Assembly (NCBI RefSeq): GCF_016432865.1
Contig: NC_067403.1
Coordinates: forward strand, 257,362,001-257,426,000
DNA length: 64,000 nucleotides
From: Antechinus flavipes
Lineage: Eukaryota
Direction: 5' to 3'
The translations under genes and the position numbers were made by a program. Shown here one piece after another: positions 34,201-43,500 of the stretch. Numbering within the stretch: the first letter of the stretch is position 1; each line of letters begins with the position of its first letter. The notes under the pieces were generated by a model that was not told where the DNA came from, ran no database searches, and saw nothing but the letters and a program-made list of their open reading frames with translations.

Positions 34201-37200
34201 CTCGTAAAATGAGGGAGGGAAAAACCCTTGCCTTGCCTGGCTCACAAAGACCTAGAAAAAGGTGACCAAAAAACAAAAACAAGAACGATGAATGAGAAAA
34301 AGAAATGTAGAAACTCCTCTGTGGAATAAGGGAACAGGAGGGCCGCTCCCCTCCCCCACTTACATCCCGGCCTCAGTTTCCCTCTGGGAAGACAGACGAC
34401 GATCCTGATGGCCACAGGGAGCTGGCCACTGCTGGCCGGGGGAGGGAAGGAGCTGCCTGCAGGGACTGCTCTTCCCTAGCCTGCCCCAGGGCCCCTTTTA
34501 CTAGGTAGAATCCGGCTGCCGCTGCCCCTGGCCTCTATGTCTAGCCTAAATGCATTTCTCCAGAGACTATAAGTGATAAGCTCTAGGCTAGCCCACACAA
34601 GCTGGGCTAGCCTGGGAACCTCGCCACCATGCTTCTCTAGGAAAGTTGGTTCATTCCTACTTATGGGACAAAGAAAGGGGGAGGCAGGACGGACTCTGGT
34701 CCAGCAGGAGGCAGGACGGACTCGCGAGCGGGGAGAGGACCTCCCCTGAAGCGCCTTGTCTCCCACAGGAACAAATGCGGGATCTGGGGCTGGCGGTCAG
34801 AGAAGATGGAAATTGTCAGCGGCTACGAAGCCAAGGCAGGGACGGGGAGGGGGCCCTGAGGGGGAGGGGGACGTCGCCCCTCCCGCCGGGCTGGCTCGTG
34901 CCCAGGCTGATACCCAGCGGGACCTTGGGGAGCTTCCTCTCTGGCTCCGATGAGGAAGCCCTGAGACGACTGACGGGGAGGGGAGTGGGCACGTAACCTC
35001 CTGGCCTCAGTTTCCCCATCTGTAAAGTCATGGGAGACGCCCGTCTCTCCGCCATCCTGTGATGGGGGTTCGGCCCGAGGCTGGCCGCAGGGCCCCCGGG
35101 AGGAGCTGGGAATGGGGGGCAGGGAGGGGAGGGGTCCCGGCTCAGACCGGGTTTGTTTCCTTCCCCCACCCCCAGGTGTACAGCGCCAACAACGTGGAGC
35201 TTGTGACGAGGACCCGGACGGAACATCTCTCCGATCAGGACAAGGCCAGAACCAAAGGTAAGGCCCCGGTGGGTCGGGTCTCTCGGACCCATCTGATGAA
35301 TGGGGCTAATGGTAACCCTCACCTCGGTACTAATGACATTGGTACGGCCCTTCCCACACGCCGGGCACAGCAACCCTGGGAGTGGGGAGCTACTGTTATC
35401 TCCCTTGTACAGATGGGGAAACTGAGGCAAGCAGCGTTTAAGTCACTTGCCCAGGATCCCAAAGCTCGGTTGGATTTGAACTCGGGCCTTCCCGCTGAAC
35501 GAATGAAACTCAGGAAGCCCCACACACTTGTTTTCAGTGGGATCTAGGTGGTATAACATACCCGCCGCGCCACTTAACGCACCATGCACCTATTAAGCAC
35601 CTTCTGTATACCAGACGCTGCGTCCCCGCCTTCGATGACCTTAGCTCCCCGTGCCGGGGCCGAGGGGCCGAGGGGAGGCCGCTCTCCTTGGCTCTTACGT
35701 TCTCACAGGGGGAAAGACGCCCTTCCAGTCCTTCCTGGGGATGGCCCAGCAGCACTCCTCCCATAATGGGGTGAGCGGGGACCCTGGCGGGGGGAGGGAG
35801 GGGCTCTGTGGCCCGCGGCGCCGGGTGGGGGGCTTGGAGGCCCGCAGGCTGAGCGCTTCTCCTGGGGGGGGGCAGGCCCCGGTGCTGCAGTCGGCCAGTC
35901 CCACCAACCCCACGGCCATCTCCCCGGAGGAGTACTTCGACCCTGACTTCAGCCTGGAGGCCCGCAACATCGGCCGGCCCATCGAGATGTCCAGCAAAGT
36001 GCAGCGGTAGGACCCCCACCCCGCCCCCACTCCCCCCACCCCCAGCCCCTCTCCCCTGGACTCTGCGGGGTGGGGGGTGGGCCCTCGGCGGCTCTGAGAG
36101 GCCCCGGCTGCTCTGGCAGGTTCAAGGCCACCCTCTGGCTGAGTGAGGAGCACCCCCTGTCTCTGGGCGACCAGGTGACCCCCATCATCGACCTGATGGC
36201 CATCAGCAACGCCCACTTCGCCAAACTCCGGGACTTCATTACCTTGCGCCTCCCACCAGGCTTCCCTGTCAAGATTGGTGAGGAGGAAGGGCGGGGAGGG
36301 CCGCAGGGGAGGGGGCTCTGTCTGTTGCGAGCCCCCTCCCCATCACTGTCACCTGTATAATGGGGTTCGTCAATCAAGTATTAAGCGCCTGCTGTTTGCC
36401 CGGCGTTTTACAAGGCCTTGGGGATATGGGGACAAAGGGAAACTCCCTGTTCTCAGAGACCTTTGTCCGGGCAGATACATGTGATACGTGGGCATATAAA
36501 TGCGGTGCCCGGGGGCCGCTGGGGGGCGCAGTGGGCAGAGCCCGGCCCTGAGACAGGAGGACCTGAGTTCTAATGCAGCCTCAGACACTTAGCACGTCCT
36601 GGCTGTGGGGCCCTGGGCCAGTCACTTAACCCCAACCGCCTCCCCCCAAAGAAGTAAATAAATGCAGCCCAAAACGGGCGCAGGAGAGGGTCTCAGGAGC
36701 CGGGACACAAAAAAGCAAACGCGGCCCCCCTGCGACGTTTACGGGGGCCCGGCGTGTCCAAACAAGGTGGAGACAAGGGAGAGAAGGCCGCAGGGGGAGG
36801 CCTTGGGGTGGACGCGGAGGCGGGAGCTCCTGCGGGGGGTCTGGGAAAGCTGGGGCCTGGGCCAGGTGAGGGAGCCGCCTGGGGGAGGGGGGGGCTTCTG
36901 TGGCTCAGGGCCTGGCCCCACTGTCCCCTCAGAGATCCCTTTGTTCCACGTGCTCAACGCCCGGATCACTTTCAGCAACCTGTGCGGCTGCGACGAACCT
37001 CTGAGCTCCGTGTGGGTGCCGTCCCCCGGCCCGAGGGCCCCAGAGCCCGCCTGCCCGGCCGGTACCACCGGGACAGGGGGGGAGGGGAGAGAGGGGCCGC
37101 TCAGCTGGTGGGGGGCGGGGAGGGGAGGGCGGACACTGAGCTTTGGGGCCGTCCCTTCCCCAGGGAGCCCCTTTCCTTGCGAGGTGGACCCGGCTGTGTT

Positions 37201-38638
37201 CGAGGTACCCGAGGGCTACAGCGTGCTGGGGGCTGGGCACAGTGAGCCCTTGAGGGACGAGGACGATGACCTCCTGCAGTTCGCCATCCAGCAGAGCCTG
37301 CTGGAGGCTGGCACCGAGACGGAGCAGGTACAGGAGGGGCCAGCGCCCAAATGGAGCGAGGCGTGGGGGGGCTGCAGCCCGGGGTGGGGGTGGCGTGGAC
37401 GGCAGCCGAGGGCCCGATGGGTGAGCGATGGCGGCCGAGCCGGTCTGTCCCTGCCAGTGCCCGGAGGCCCAGGGTGGGAGTGGGATGGAAGGTCCTGGAT
37501 GGGGGGTCAGAGTGAGGCAGGGGCAGATCCCTGACCCAGAAACCTTCCCTTCTCTTCCCTCTTTCTTCTCCTCCCTTCCCTTCTTTCCTTTCCTTCTTTT
37601 ACTCCCCTCCCTTCTTTCCTTCCTTTCCCCTTTTCCCTTGTCTTTTTCTTCCTTCCTCTCTCCTTCCCCTCCCTTTCCCTCTCCTCCCTTGTCCTTCCCT
37701 TCCCTCCTCTCCATTCCCTTTTCCCTTCCTTCCCCTCTCCTCTCCTCTCTTCTCCTCCCTTCCCTTCTCTTTCTTTTCCCGCCTTTTCCCTCTCCTCCCT
37801 TTCCTCTTCCCCTTCCCTCCCTCCCTTCTTCTTCCTTCCCCCCTCCCCCTCCCTTCTTGCAGGTGACCATCTGGGAGGCTCTGACCAACACCCGGCCGGG
37901 CCCCGATCTCCACTCTCCGCCACCTGCCTACGAGGAGCAGCTGCAGCTGGAGCGGTGAGCCCCCGAGTGCCCCCCCTGTGATTCTCCTGGGGGGAGTGTT
38001 GGGGCCCTGCCCCTCAGCCTCTCGTGGCCTCCTCCGTCCCTGGGGTTGGGGAGCTGGGGAAGGAGGATGGGGTCAGGACGGGGCCCGAGGCCGGGTGGAG
38101 CCGCTGGGTGGGACAAGGGACTGTTCGCCCTCCTCCCTGGCCCGGCCCCTGGATTAGCGGCACACCAGCTCCTTAGGGCAGGAGAACCGGAGGCTCTGGG
38201 CAAACCAGGGAGCCCCCGGCACACTTAGAAGCCCCTCGGTGCCCCCCGGGCAGCTGCCCCTCCTGCTCCGCCCTTCCCAGCTCACCGCCCCTGGCTTGGA
38301 TCAGGAAGGCAGAAGGAGCGGGGAGCCCCTGCCTCCTCTCTGGGCCCTGGAAGCCCACCAAAGGCGCCCCTGGCGGGAGGGAGACAGGAGGCCTTGCATT
38401 AGCGTCTCCTCCTCTCCCTCGCAGGGCCCTCCAGGAGAGCCTGCTGCCCCCTCCCGAATCTGGGGACCCAGGGTCCCCTCGCCTGACCCCTCCCTCCCTG
38501 AGCCCCCCCAGCTTCGACGAGCAGCTTCGCCTGGCCCTGGAACTGTCCTCCCGGGAGCAAGAGGAGAGAGAGCGGAGGGGGCAGCAGGAAGAGGAGGAGC
38601 TACAGCGGATTCTGCGGCTCTCCCTCACTGACCACTGA
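31194..38638 (+). CDS. ANKRD13D: Ankyrin repeat domain-containing protein 13D (ankyrin repeats, GPCR-chaperone-like domain, four UIMs), 15 exons, 609 aa
   Basis: [96 protein letters not shown]. Exon phases all consistent, 1830 nt total. One GC-AG intron. Confidence 0.97.
31715..31935. repeat. C-rich low-complexity/tandem tract (ctccccctgcgccgtccccc-like units), ANKRD13D intron 1
   Basis: Read directly; G4 potential on the - strand. Confidence 0.8.
31969..32104 (+). CDS. ANKRD13D: ANKRD13D exon 2
   Basis: ggcag|[45 protein letters not shown]|gtacct. Confidence 0.96.
32746..32870 (+). CDS. ANKRD13D: ANKRD13D exon 3
   Basis: tgcag|(V)[41 protein letters not shown]|gtacgg. Confidence 0.96.
33056..33161. 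repeat. (CACACT/CA)n compound microsatellite
   Basis: Read directly. Confidence 0.9.
33504..33549 (+). CDS. ANKRD13D: ANKRD13D exon 4
   Basis: cccag|[15 protein letters not shown]|gtaagt. Confidence 0.96.
33658..33801 (+). CDS. ANKRD13D: ANKRD13D exon 5
   Basis: cacag|(V)[47 protein letters not shown]|gtgaga. Confidence 0.96.
33883..34072 (+). CDS. ANKRD13D: ANKRD13D exon 6
   Basis: cgcag|(E)[62 protein letters not shown](R)|gtcagc. Confidence 0.96.
34769..34835 (+). CDS. ANKRD13D: ANKRD13D exon 7 (GC donor)
   Basis: cacag|[22 protein letters not shown]|gcaggg; protein continuity forces a GC 5' splice site. Confidence 0.92.
35176..35257 (+). CDS. ANKRD13D: ANKRD13D exon 8
   Basis: cccag|[27 protein letters not shown]|gtaagg. 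Confidence 0.96.
35709..35770 (+). CDS. ANKRD13D: ANKRD13D exon 9
   Basis: cacag|(G)[20 protein letters not shown]|gtgagc. Confidence 0.95.
35876..36006 (+). CDS. ANKRD13D: ANKRD13D exon 10
   Basis: ggggcag|[43 protein letters not shown](R)|gtagga. Confidence 0.92.
36120..36277 (+). CDS. ANKRD13D: ANKRD13D exon 11
   Basis: ggcag|[52 protein letters not shown]|gtgagg. Confidence 0.96.
36511..36662 (+). mobile_element. WSINE1-like SINE, GC-enriched copy
   Basis: gggggccgctggggggcgcagtgggcagagcccggccctgagacaggaggacctgagttctaatgcagcctcagacactt..cacttaaccccaaccgcctc plus A-rich tail. Confidence 0.85.
36933..37061 (+). CDS. ANKRD13D: ANKRD13D exon 12
   Basis: ctcag|(E)[42 protein letters not shown]|gtacca; the 3' end is divergent and the donor is weak. 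Confidence 0.85.
37164..37327 (+). CDS. ANKRD13D: ANKRD13D exon 13 (UIM1)
   Basis: cccag|(G)[54 protein letters not shown]|gtacag. Confidence 0.95.
37543..37858. repeat. ~315-nt near-pure polypyrimidine (CT-rich) tract, ANKRD13D intron 13
   Basis: Read directly; only 2 A and a few G in the whole tract. Confidence 0.95.
37863..37954 (+). CDS. ANKRD13D: ANKRD13D exon 14
   Basis: tgcag|[30 protein letters not shown](R)|gtgagc. Confidence 0.95.
38425..38638 (+). CDS. ANKRD13D: ANKRD13D exon 15 (terminal coding part, UIMs)
   Basis: cgcag|[70 protein letters not shown]. Confidence 0.95.
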
Positions 38639-38777
38639 ACTGCCCAGTCAGGACGGAGAGGACACTGCCCAGGCCGGGCCTCGAGCCTGGCTTTTATAAT
38701 TTATTTATTTATAAACTGATCAGCTGAGGGGAGGGGTCAGGGGTCAGGGGTTGCACAAGATAGAGATGGGGGATGGA

Positions 38778-38783
38778 AATAAA
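38778..38783 (+). terminator. ANKRD13D polyadenylation signal AATAAA
   Basis: First canonical hexamer, 140 nt after the stop codon and after an AU-rich element. Confidence 0.7.
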
Positions 38784-39399
38784 TGAGAAAACATCCTGTG
38801 GCTCAGCTCTGCTCTGTGGAATTGGGGGAGGAGCGGGAGGACTCCTGTTCTCAATTGCTCCCCCTTTCCCCCCAAGTCCCGGTTCATTACTGCAGCTCCC
38901 ACCTGCTCTGCTCTGGACCCCTCCCTCCCCGGCCCAAGATTCGAGCTGGATGATGTCAGACTTTCCCAGCTTCCTCCTTCCCTCCCCTCCCCCTTCCTCT
39001 TCTCTATTTAGAAGCACCTACTGTGTGCAGAGGCGGAGCGGTGGCTGACTAGGGTTCAGCCCACTTGGTCCCGGCCTCCCAGAGCGAAACGCGCCATTGC
39101 TCTTTGTCCTGCTTCTCGGGGAGGGCCGAGAGCTCGGGGAGGTGACACCCTTAGGGCAAGTGCGCTGGATTTAGGGGAGGAGGCTCCTGCCTCGTTTTCC
39201 TCCAGAGCCCCGGAGCCCGGGACTACTGGGGAGGAGCCTGGCCGCAGTGGGAGCCTTGGCCCTTTAACTTAGGGCTTTGTCTCAGTTTGACGGAGTGATT
39301 TAGCGCTAGGTAAGAGATGAGGCAGAGAATGATCTTTTGTAGCAAATCGCCCCCAAAATCCAGGCTGAGGGGGAGCCTCTCAGGGTTTGGGACCAGTGA

Positions 39400-40478
39400 C
39401 ATTCACTGAGCCAATCGGCGCCCACGCCATGAGGAACCGGGGCTGGGCCTGCGACCTGTTGTTGCCCATCAGTGGGGGCCAGAGGGCTTTGGGTTGTAGG
39501 CCTGGGCTTTAAGTGCCTGTGAACCCCAAGAGCTCTTGGGAGGTTTGAGCAACCCAAACTGGCCCTGGGCAGCGCCCCCTGGGGAAGAGCGCGGGAGGGA
39601 GCCGCATCCGCCGCGACCGGGGCACCTGGGTCCCCGCCAGGCGGCTCTACCCAGAGCTTGCCCTGCTTCTAGAAGGGGACCGCGGCGCCAGCGGGTGACG
39701 GGCGGCGGCTAAAAGGAGGATCACAAAGCACCAGAGGAAGCCGCGAAAAGTCGGCAGCCCCGGGGGCCGGAGCTCCTGAGGATGCGTTCGAGCTCGGACC
39801 CGGCTCAGGGAGGACGGGGGCACCGGGCAGCCTCGGGCTCGGCCACGGCCACGGCCGGCCCGCCTCGCTCCCGCCCTTCCCGACGTCCTCCGCCAAAGGG
39901 CACTGAGGGGTCCCAGGGGTGGGAGGGGCCTTCGAGGCCCTCATTTACATTTGGGGAAACTGAGGTCCAGAGAGCTCACGGCCGGCCGGCTGGTCTCCGC
40001 CTCCGCGCGCTCCCTTTCCACGGCTCCAAGCTGTCGGGGGCGGGGGGCCCGGCCCACGCTGGGGAAGCTCCGAGTGCGCCCGGACCGAGCGCTCCCGGGG
40101 CTGGAACGTAGGAGTCCCAGCCTGGCGCCCCGCCCCGATCACCTGGAAAGGGGGTGGGCGGAGGCTAGCTCCGGGTGGCCCCGCCCCGAGGGCGGGGCCG
40201 CGTCCTAAAGGCGCCCGAGCAGGAGGGGAGGGGCGGCTGCGGCGCCGGCTGAGCCGAGAGCCCGGGGAGGCCGGGCGGGAGGGGTTGCTGGCCCTTTAAG
40301 GGCCGCCCCCGAGGACGTGCCAGGCCGAGGTGGCTCGGCCCGGCTCTGCTCGTTGCTCTCCTTCCTGGTCTGGCCTGGCCGGGCCTGGGCTGGGCAGGGC
40401 TGGGCTGGTCCGGGCGGGTCGGATCGGGTCTGGGGGAGGGGGCTGCGCCGGGAGCCCTCCGTCCGGCCGCGCGCGCGC
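39400..40478 (+). promoter_or_regulatory. SSH3 CpG-island promoter/5' UTR
   Basis: CpG-dense; CCAAT (~39411); GC box GGGCGGGGCC (~40190-40200); GGCCCTTTAAGGGCC inverted repeat 40290-40304. Confidence 0.75.
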
Positions 40479-40544
40479 ATGGCCCTGGTCACAGTGAGCC
40501 GATCCCCCTCGGCCAGCGGCCACTCCACCCCCGTGGGCCCTGCG
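40479..40544 (+). CDS. SSH3: SSH3 exon 1 (coding)
   Basis: cgcATGG; MALVTVSRSPSASGHSTPVGPA|gtgagt. Confidence 0.96.
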
Positions 40545-43500
40545 GTGAGTCCCTGCCCACGCAGGCAGTCGGCGCCGGCCCCCGCTGGGCCTGCTGGAAC
40601 GGGCGCCGGGCAGTGCCCAAGTCTCCCGGCGCCGCCGGCCCGGCGGAGGTCCGGCAGGGCCCCGAGCTTCCCCAGCCCGCCCGAGCGGTGGCCCCCGGGG
40701 ACGCCCTCGCGGGAGCTGTCCCGCGGCAGCTGGTGGCCTGGCCGCGGACGGAGGGACGGGCCAGAAGGCAGAACTCCCGGAGTCCGCGAGAGGGAGGGGG
40801 GGGAAGTCCGCGGTGGGCTCCGGAGGCAGGAGTCCCTCTTCCCTGCAGCCGGGAGTGGGGGTGGAGGTTCAAGGGAGAAGGGGAAGATCGGCTCTGCGAA
40901 CCCCAACCTCTCCCATCCCCCACCCCCGCGGGCCGCGAGGGGGGCTCCCGGGGCGCTGTGGGCGCAGACGGGGTTGGTTCAGATGGTCTCTAAGTCCCGC
41001 CAACTTCAGCCTCAGATCCCCCGCATGGGGAAGGGCTCGGCCCCCTGTTCCGGGCCTGGCTCCCGGGACCTGTTAGGTCTGTGGGGTCGGGGAAGGGGGA
41101 GGGAGGGCCTGAAGGAGCCCCTGACTCTGCCCCATGGGGCCGCTTCCCTGGCAGGATGAAGGGCCGAGCCGGAGGAGGAGCCAGCTGCAGCGCAGGTGAG
41201 GGGCGCCCTTCCCCCACCCCGGCTTTGACTCCCCTGGCCAGCTGGGACGGCGGTGGGGCGGCGGGTGCTCAGGCCCTTCGTCCCAGCCCGGGACCTGATC
41301 TCTCCTCTTCCTTGGTCCCGAGGAGGGAGGGAGCACGGGATGGCTCCCTGGGGGTTAAGTGCTTTGAGATCTTCAGAGCTCAGGAATCCGCCTCCACTGG
41401 GGACTGTTCCTGGCAGGCAGAGCTTTGCGGTGCTTCGGGGGGCCGTCCTGGGGCTCCAAGCCAGGGGGGAGCCCGGGCCCAGGGATCCGGACAGGTGCGA
41501 CGGGGAGGATGACCCAGAAGAGGAGGAGCCCCCCTCAGACCGGCCCGATGGAAGCGGCCCCGGGACCCCGGAGTCCTCGTCCCCTGGGAAGCAGGAGCAG
41601 GGGCGGCACCTGCACCTCATGGTGGGGCTGCTGAGGCCCCAGGACAACATCCAGCTGGTGAGAGGCGGGGCTTCGGGCCAGGGAAGGGAACGGGGCTTCC
41701 TCTGGCTCTCCTCCCACTTCTCTGACTGTGCTTCTCTGTCTCCCCTCTCTCCTGCCTCCCCCAAGGCTCTGTCCTCATCCTCTTGCCTCCTCGCGCCACG
41801 CTCTCTCCCTTGGGCCAGCCCTTCTCCTTGCAGGGCTTCCAGGTCCTCCGGGAGGCGGAGCCCGGCCTCCCTCTGGCACCCACCTCTGCCGGGAGCCCGC
41901 CACCACTCAAATGCAGCATGCACTGAGCTCAGCATCCCACCGACATCCGCTCCTTCCGATCCGCGATCTCCACACTGACTCTCCCTGCCCCGGCAGCCCG
42001 AGCTCGGGGGGCTCGTCTTTCCCTGCCCGTGCCCCCGACGGGCCCTCGCCCTGGGTCTCCCCGCCCTCCCTAACGAAAGCCCACCCCCGAGAGCTCTCCC
42101 CGGGCTCGGCTCCAGTCGGGCCCACCTCCCCGTCACAGCCCTCCCGGCCGGCCCCTTTTGCGGAGCCTCTGTTCCGAGAAGCTGGGCTCAGATTCTGTCT
42201 CTGGTATTTCCACCTGTGTGATCTGGAGCAAACCAGACTCCTCCCGTCTCCGAATCTCTGCTCCTACGGCTCTCTAAGTCCCTCCACAGCCCTGGGCCTC
42301 GGTTTCCCTCTGCAGTGTAGGAAGGCTCAGACTCGGAGGTCTGGGAGAACTGTGTCCCCGGTGCTTTGATTGGCCCCCAAGCCTAGTCCGCGCGCCGGGA
42401 AAGCTCTCCCCACTTTTAAAATGCTCCGAAGGCCTCCAGCGTCCCCTCCTCCGGGGGCCTCCGATTGTCCCACACGGTTACCTTCTCCCTCTCTGTCTCC
42501 CAGAAGCCCTCTCCACATTCTAATCCTCTTGTTATCTGGGACTGGGAGATAGAACGTTCTGCAGCAGGAAGAATGGCCCAGGGTGCACCACTCCCCTCAC
42601 TCTCTCCACCCCACCCACCGTGTCCTCAGAAGGGGTCAGGAAATATGGGAGAGGGGGATGGTGGGAAAATCAGCCTGGTACACGGATGTGTCTGAGAGGC
42701 AGCTCATTGCACGGAGCTGGAGGCCACGAAGTCCTGGCTCCAAGCTTGTCTCCCACCACTGACTGACCCTGGCGAGTCGTTTCACTGCAAGGCTAAGTGC
42801 CCCATGTCCTGGTAGAGGAGGTTGCCTCCACCTGGGTTCAGTCCCAGCTCCGGTTCCCAGACCCCCCCCATCCCCAGGCCATGAGATAATCTGACTTCTG
42901 CCCCCCCAGGCTGTCCAGTTGGAGCCCACGCGGCCTCAGTGGCTCAGGTACCTGCTCGTGGTGTCCACGTCGGAGCTGCCGAGCCAGGGTGAGACTGTCC
43001 TCCTGGGGGTGGACTTCTCCCAGAGCAGGTAGGGGAGCTGCCGGAAGTGGGGAGCGGGGGAGACCGGGAGGGCCGGGGGAACCCAGCTGTCTTCCCTCTG
43101 TCCCTCAGTCCCCCCAGCTGCACCCTGGGCCTGGTTCTGCCCCTCTGGAGCGACACACAGGTCTACCTGGACGGCGACGGGTGAGAAGTCGTTCCACATT
43201 AGAGGGAGGGGAAGAAGGCTCCGGACGATCTGGGGGCGAGGTCTTGTGGGACAGCCCTGGCCTCAGTTTCCCCCTGTCCCGCAGAGATGACACAGCCGCC
43301 TGTGAGAGTAGTCCTGGGACGGGGAGAAGGGGGTGGCTCTGGGGAAAGTCTAATGAGGGACGTGATGCGTGGATACGAGTGACTCCTCACGCGGTCCCCG
43401 TCTTCCCCTCGGTCCCAGCGAACACAGCCTCGGGAGCTGCTGGCCCCCGGGGCTCCCACTTCTTTCTTTGTAATCCAGCTTTTAACCACGCGTGTCACCT

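Noticed and set aside
36929-37923. Minus-strand Lys/Glu/Arg/Gly-rich ORFs (320, 138, 104 aa)
   Set aside because: Translation of the antisense of the CT tract.
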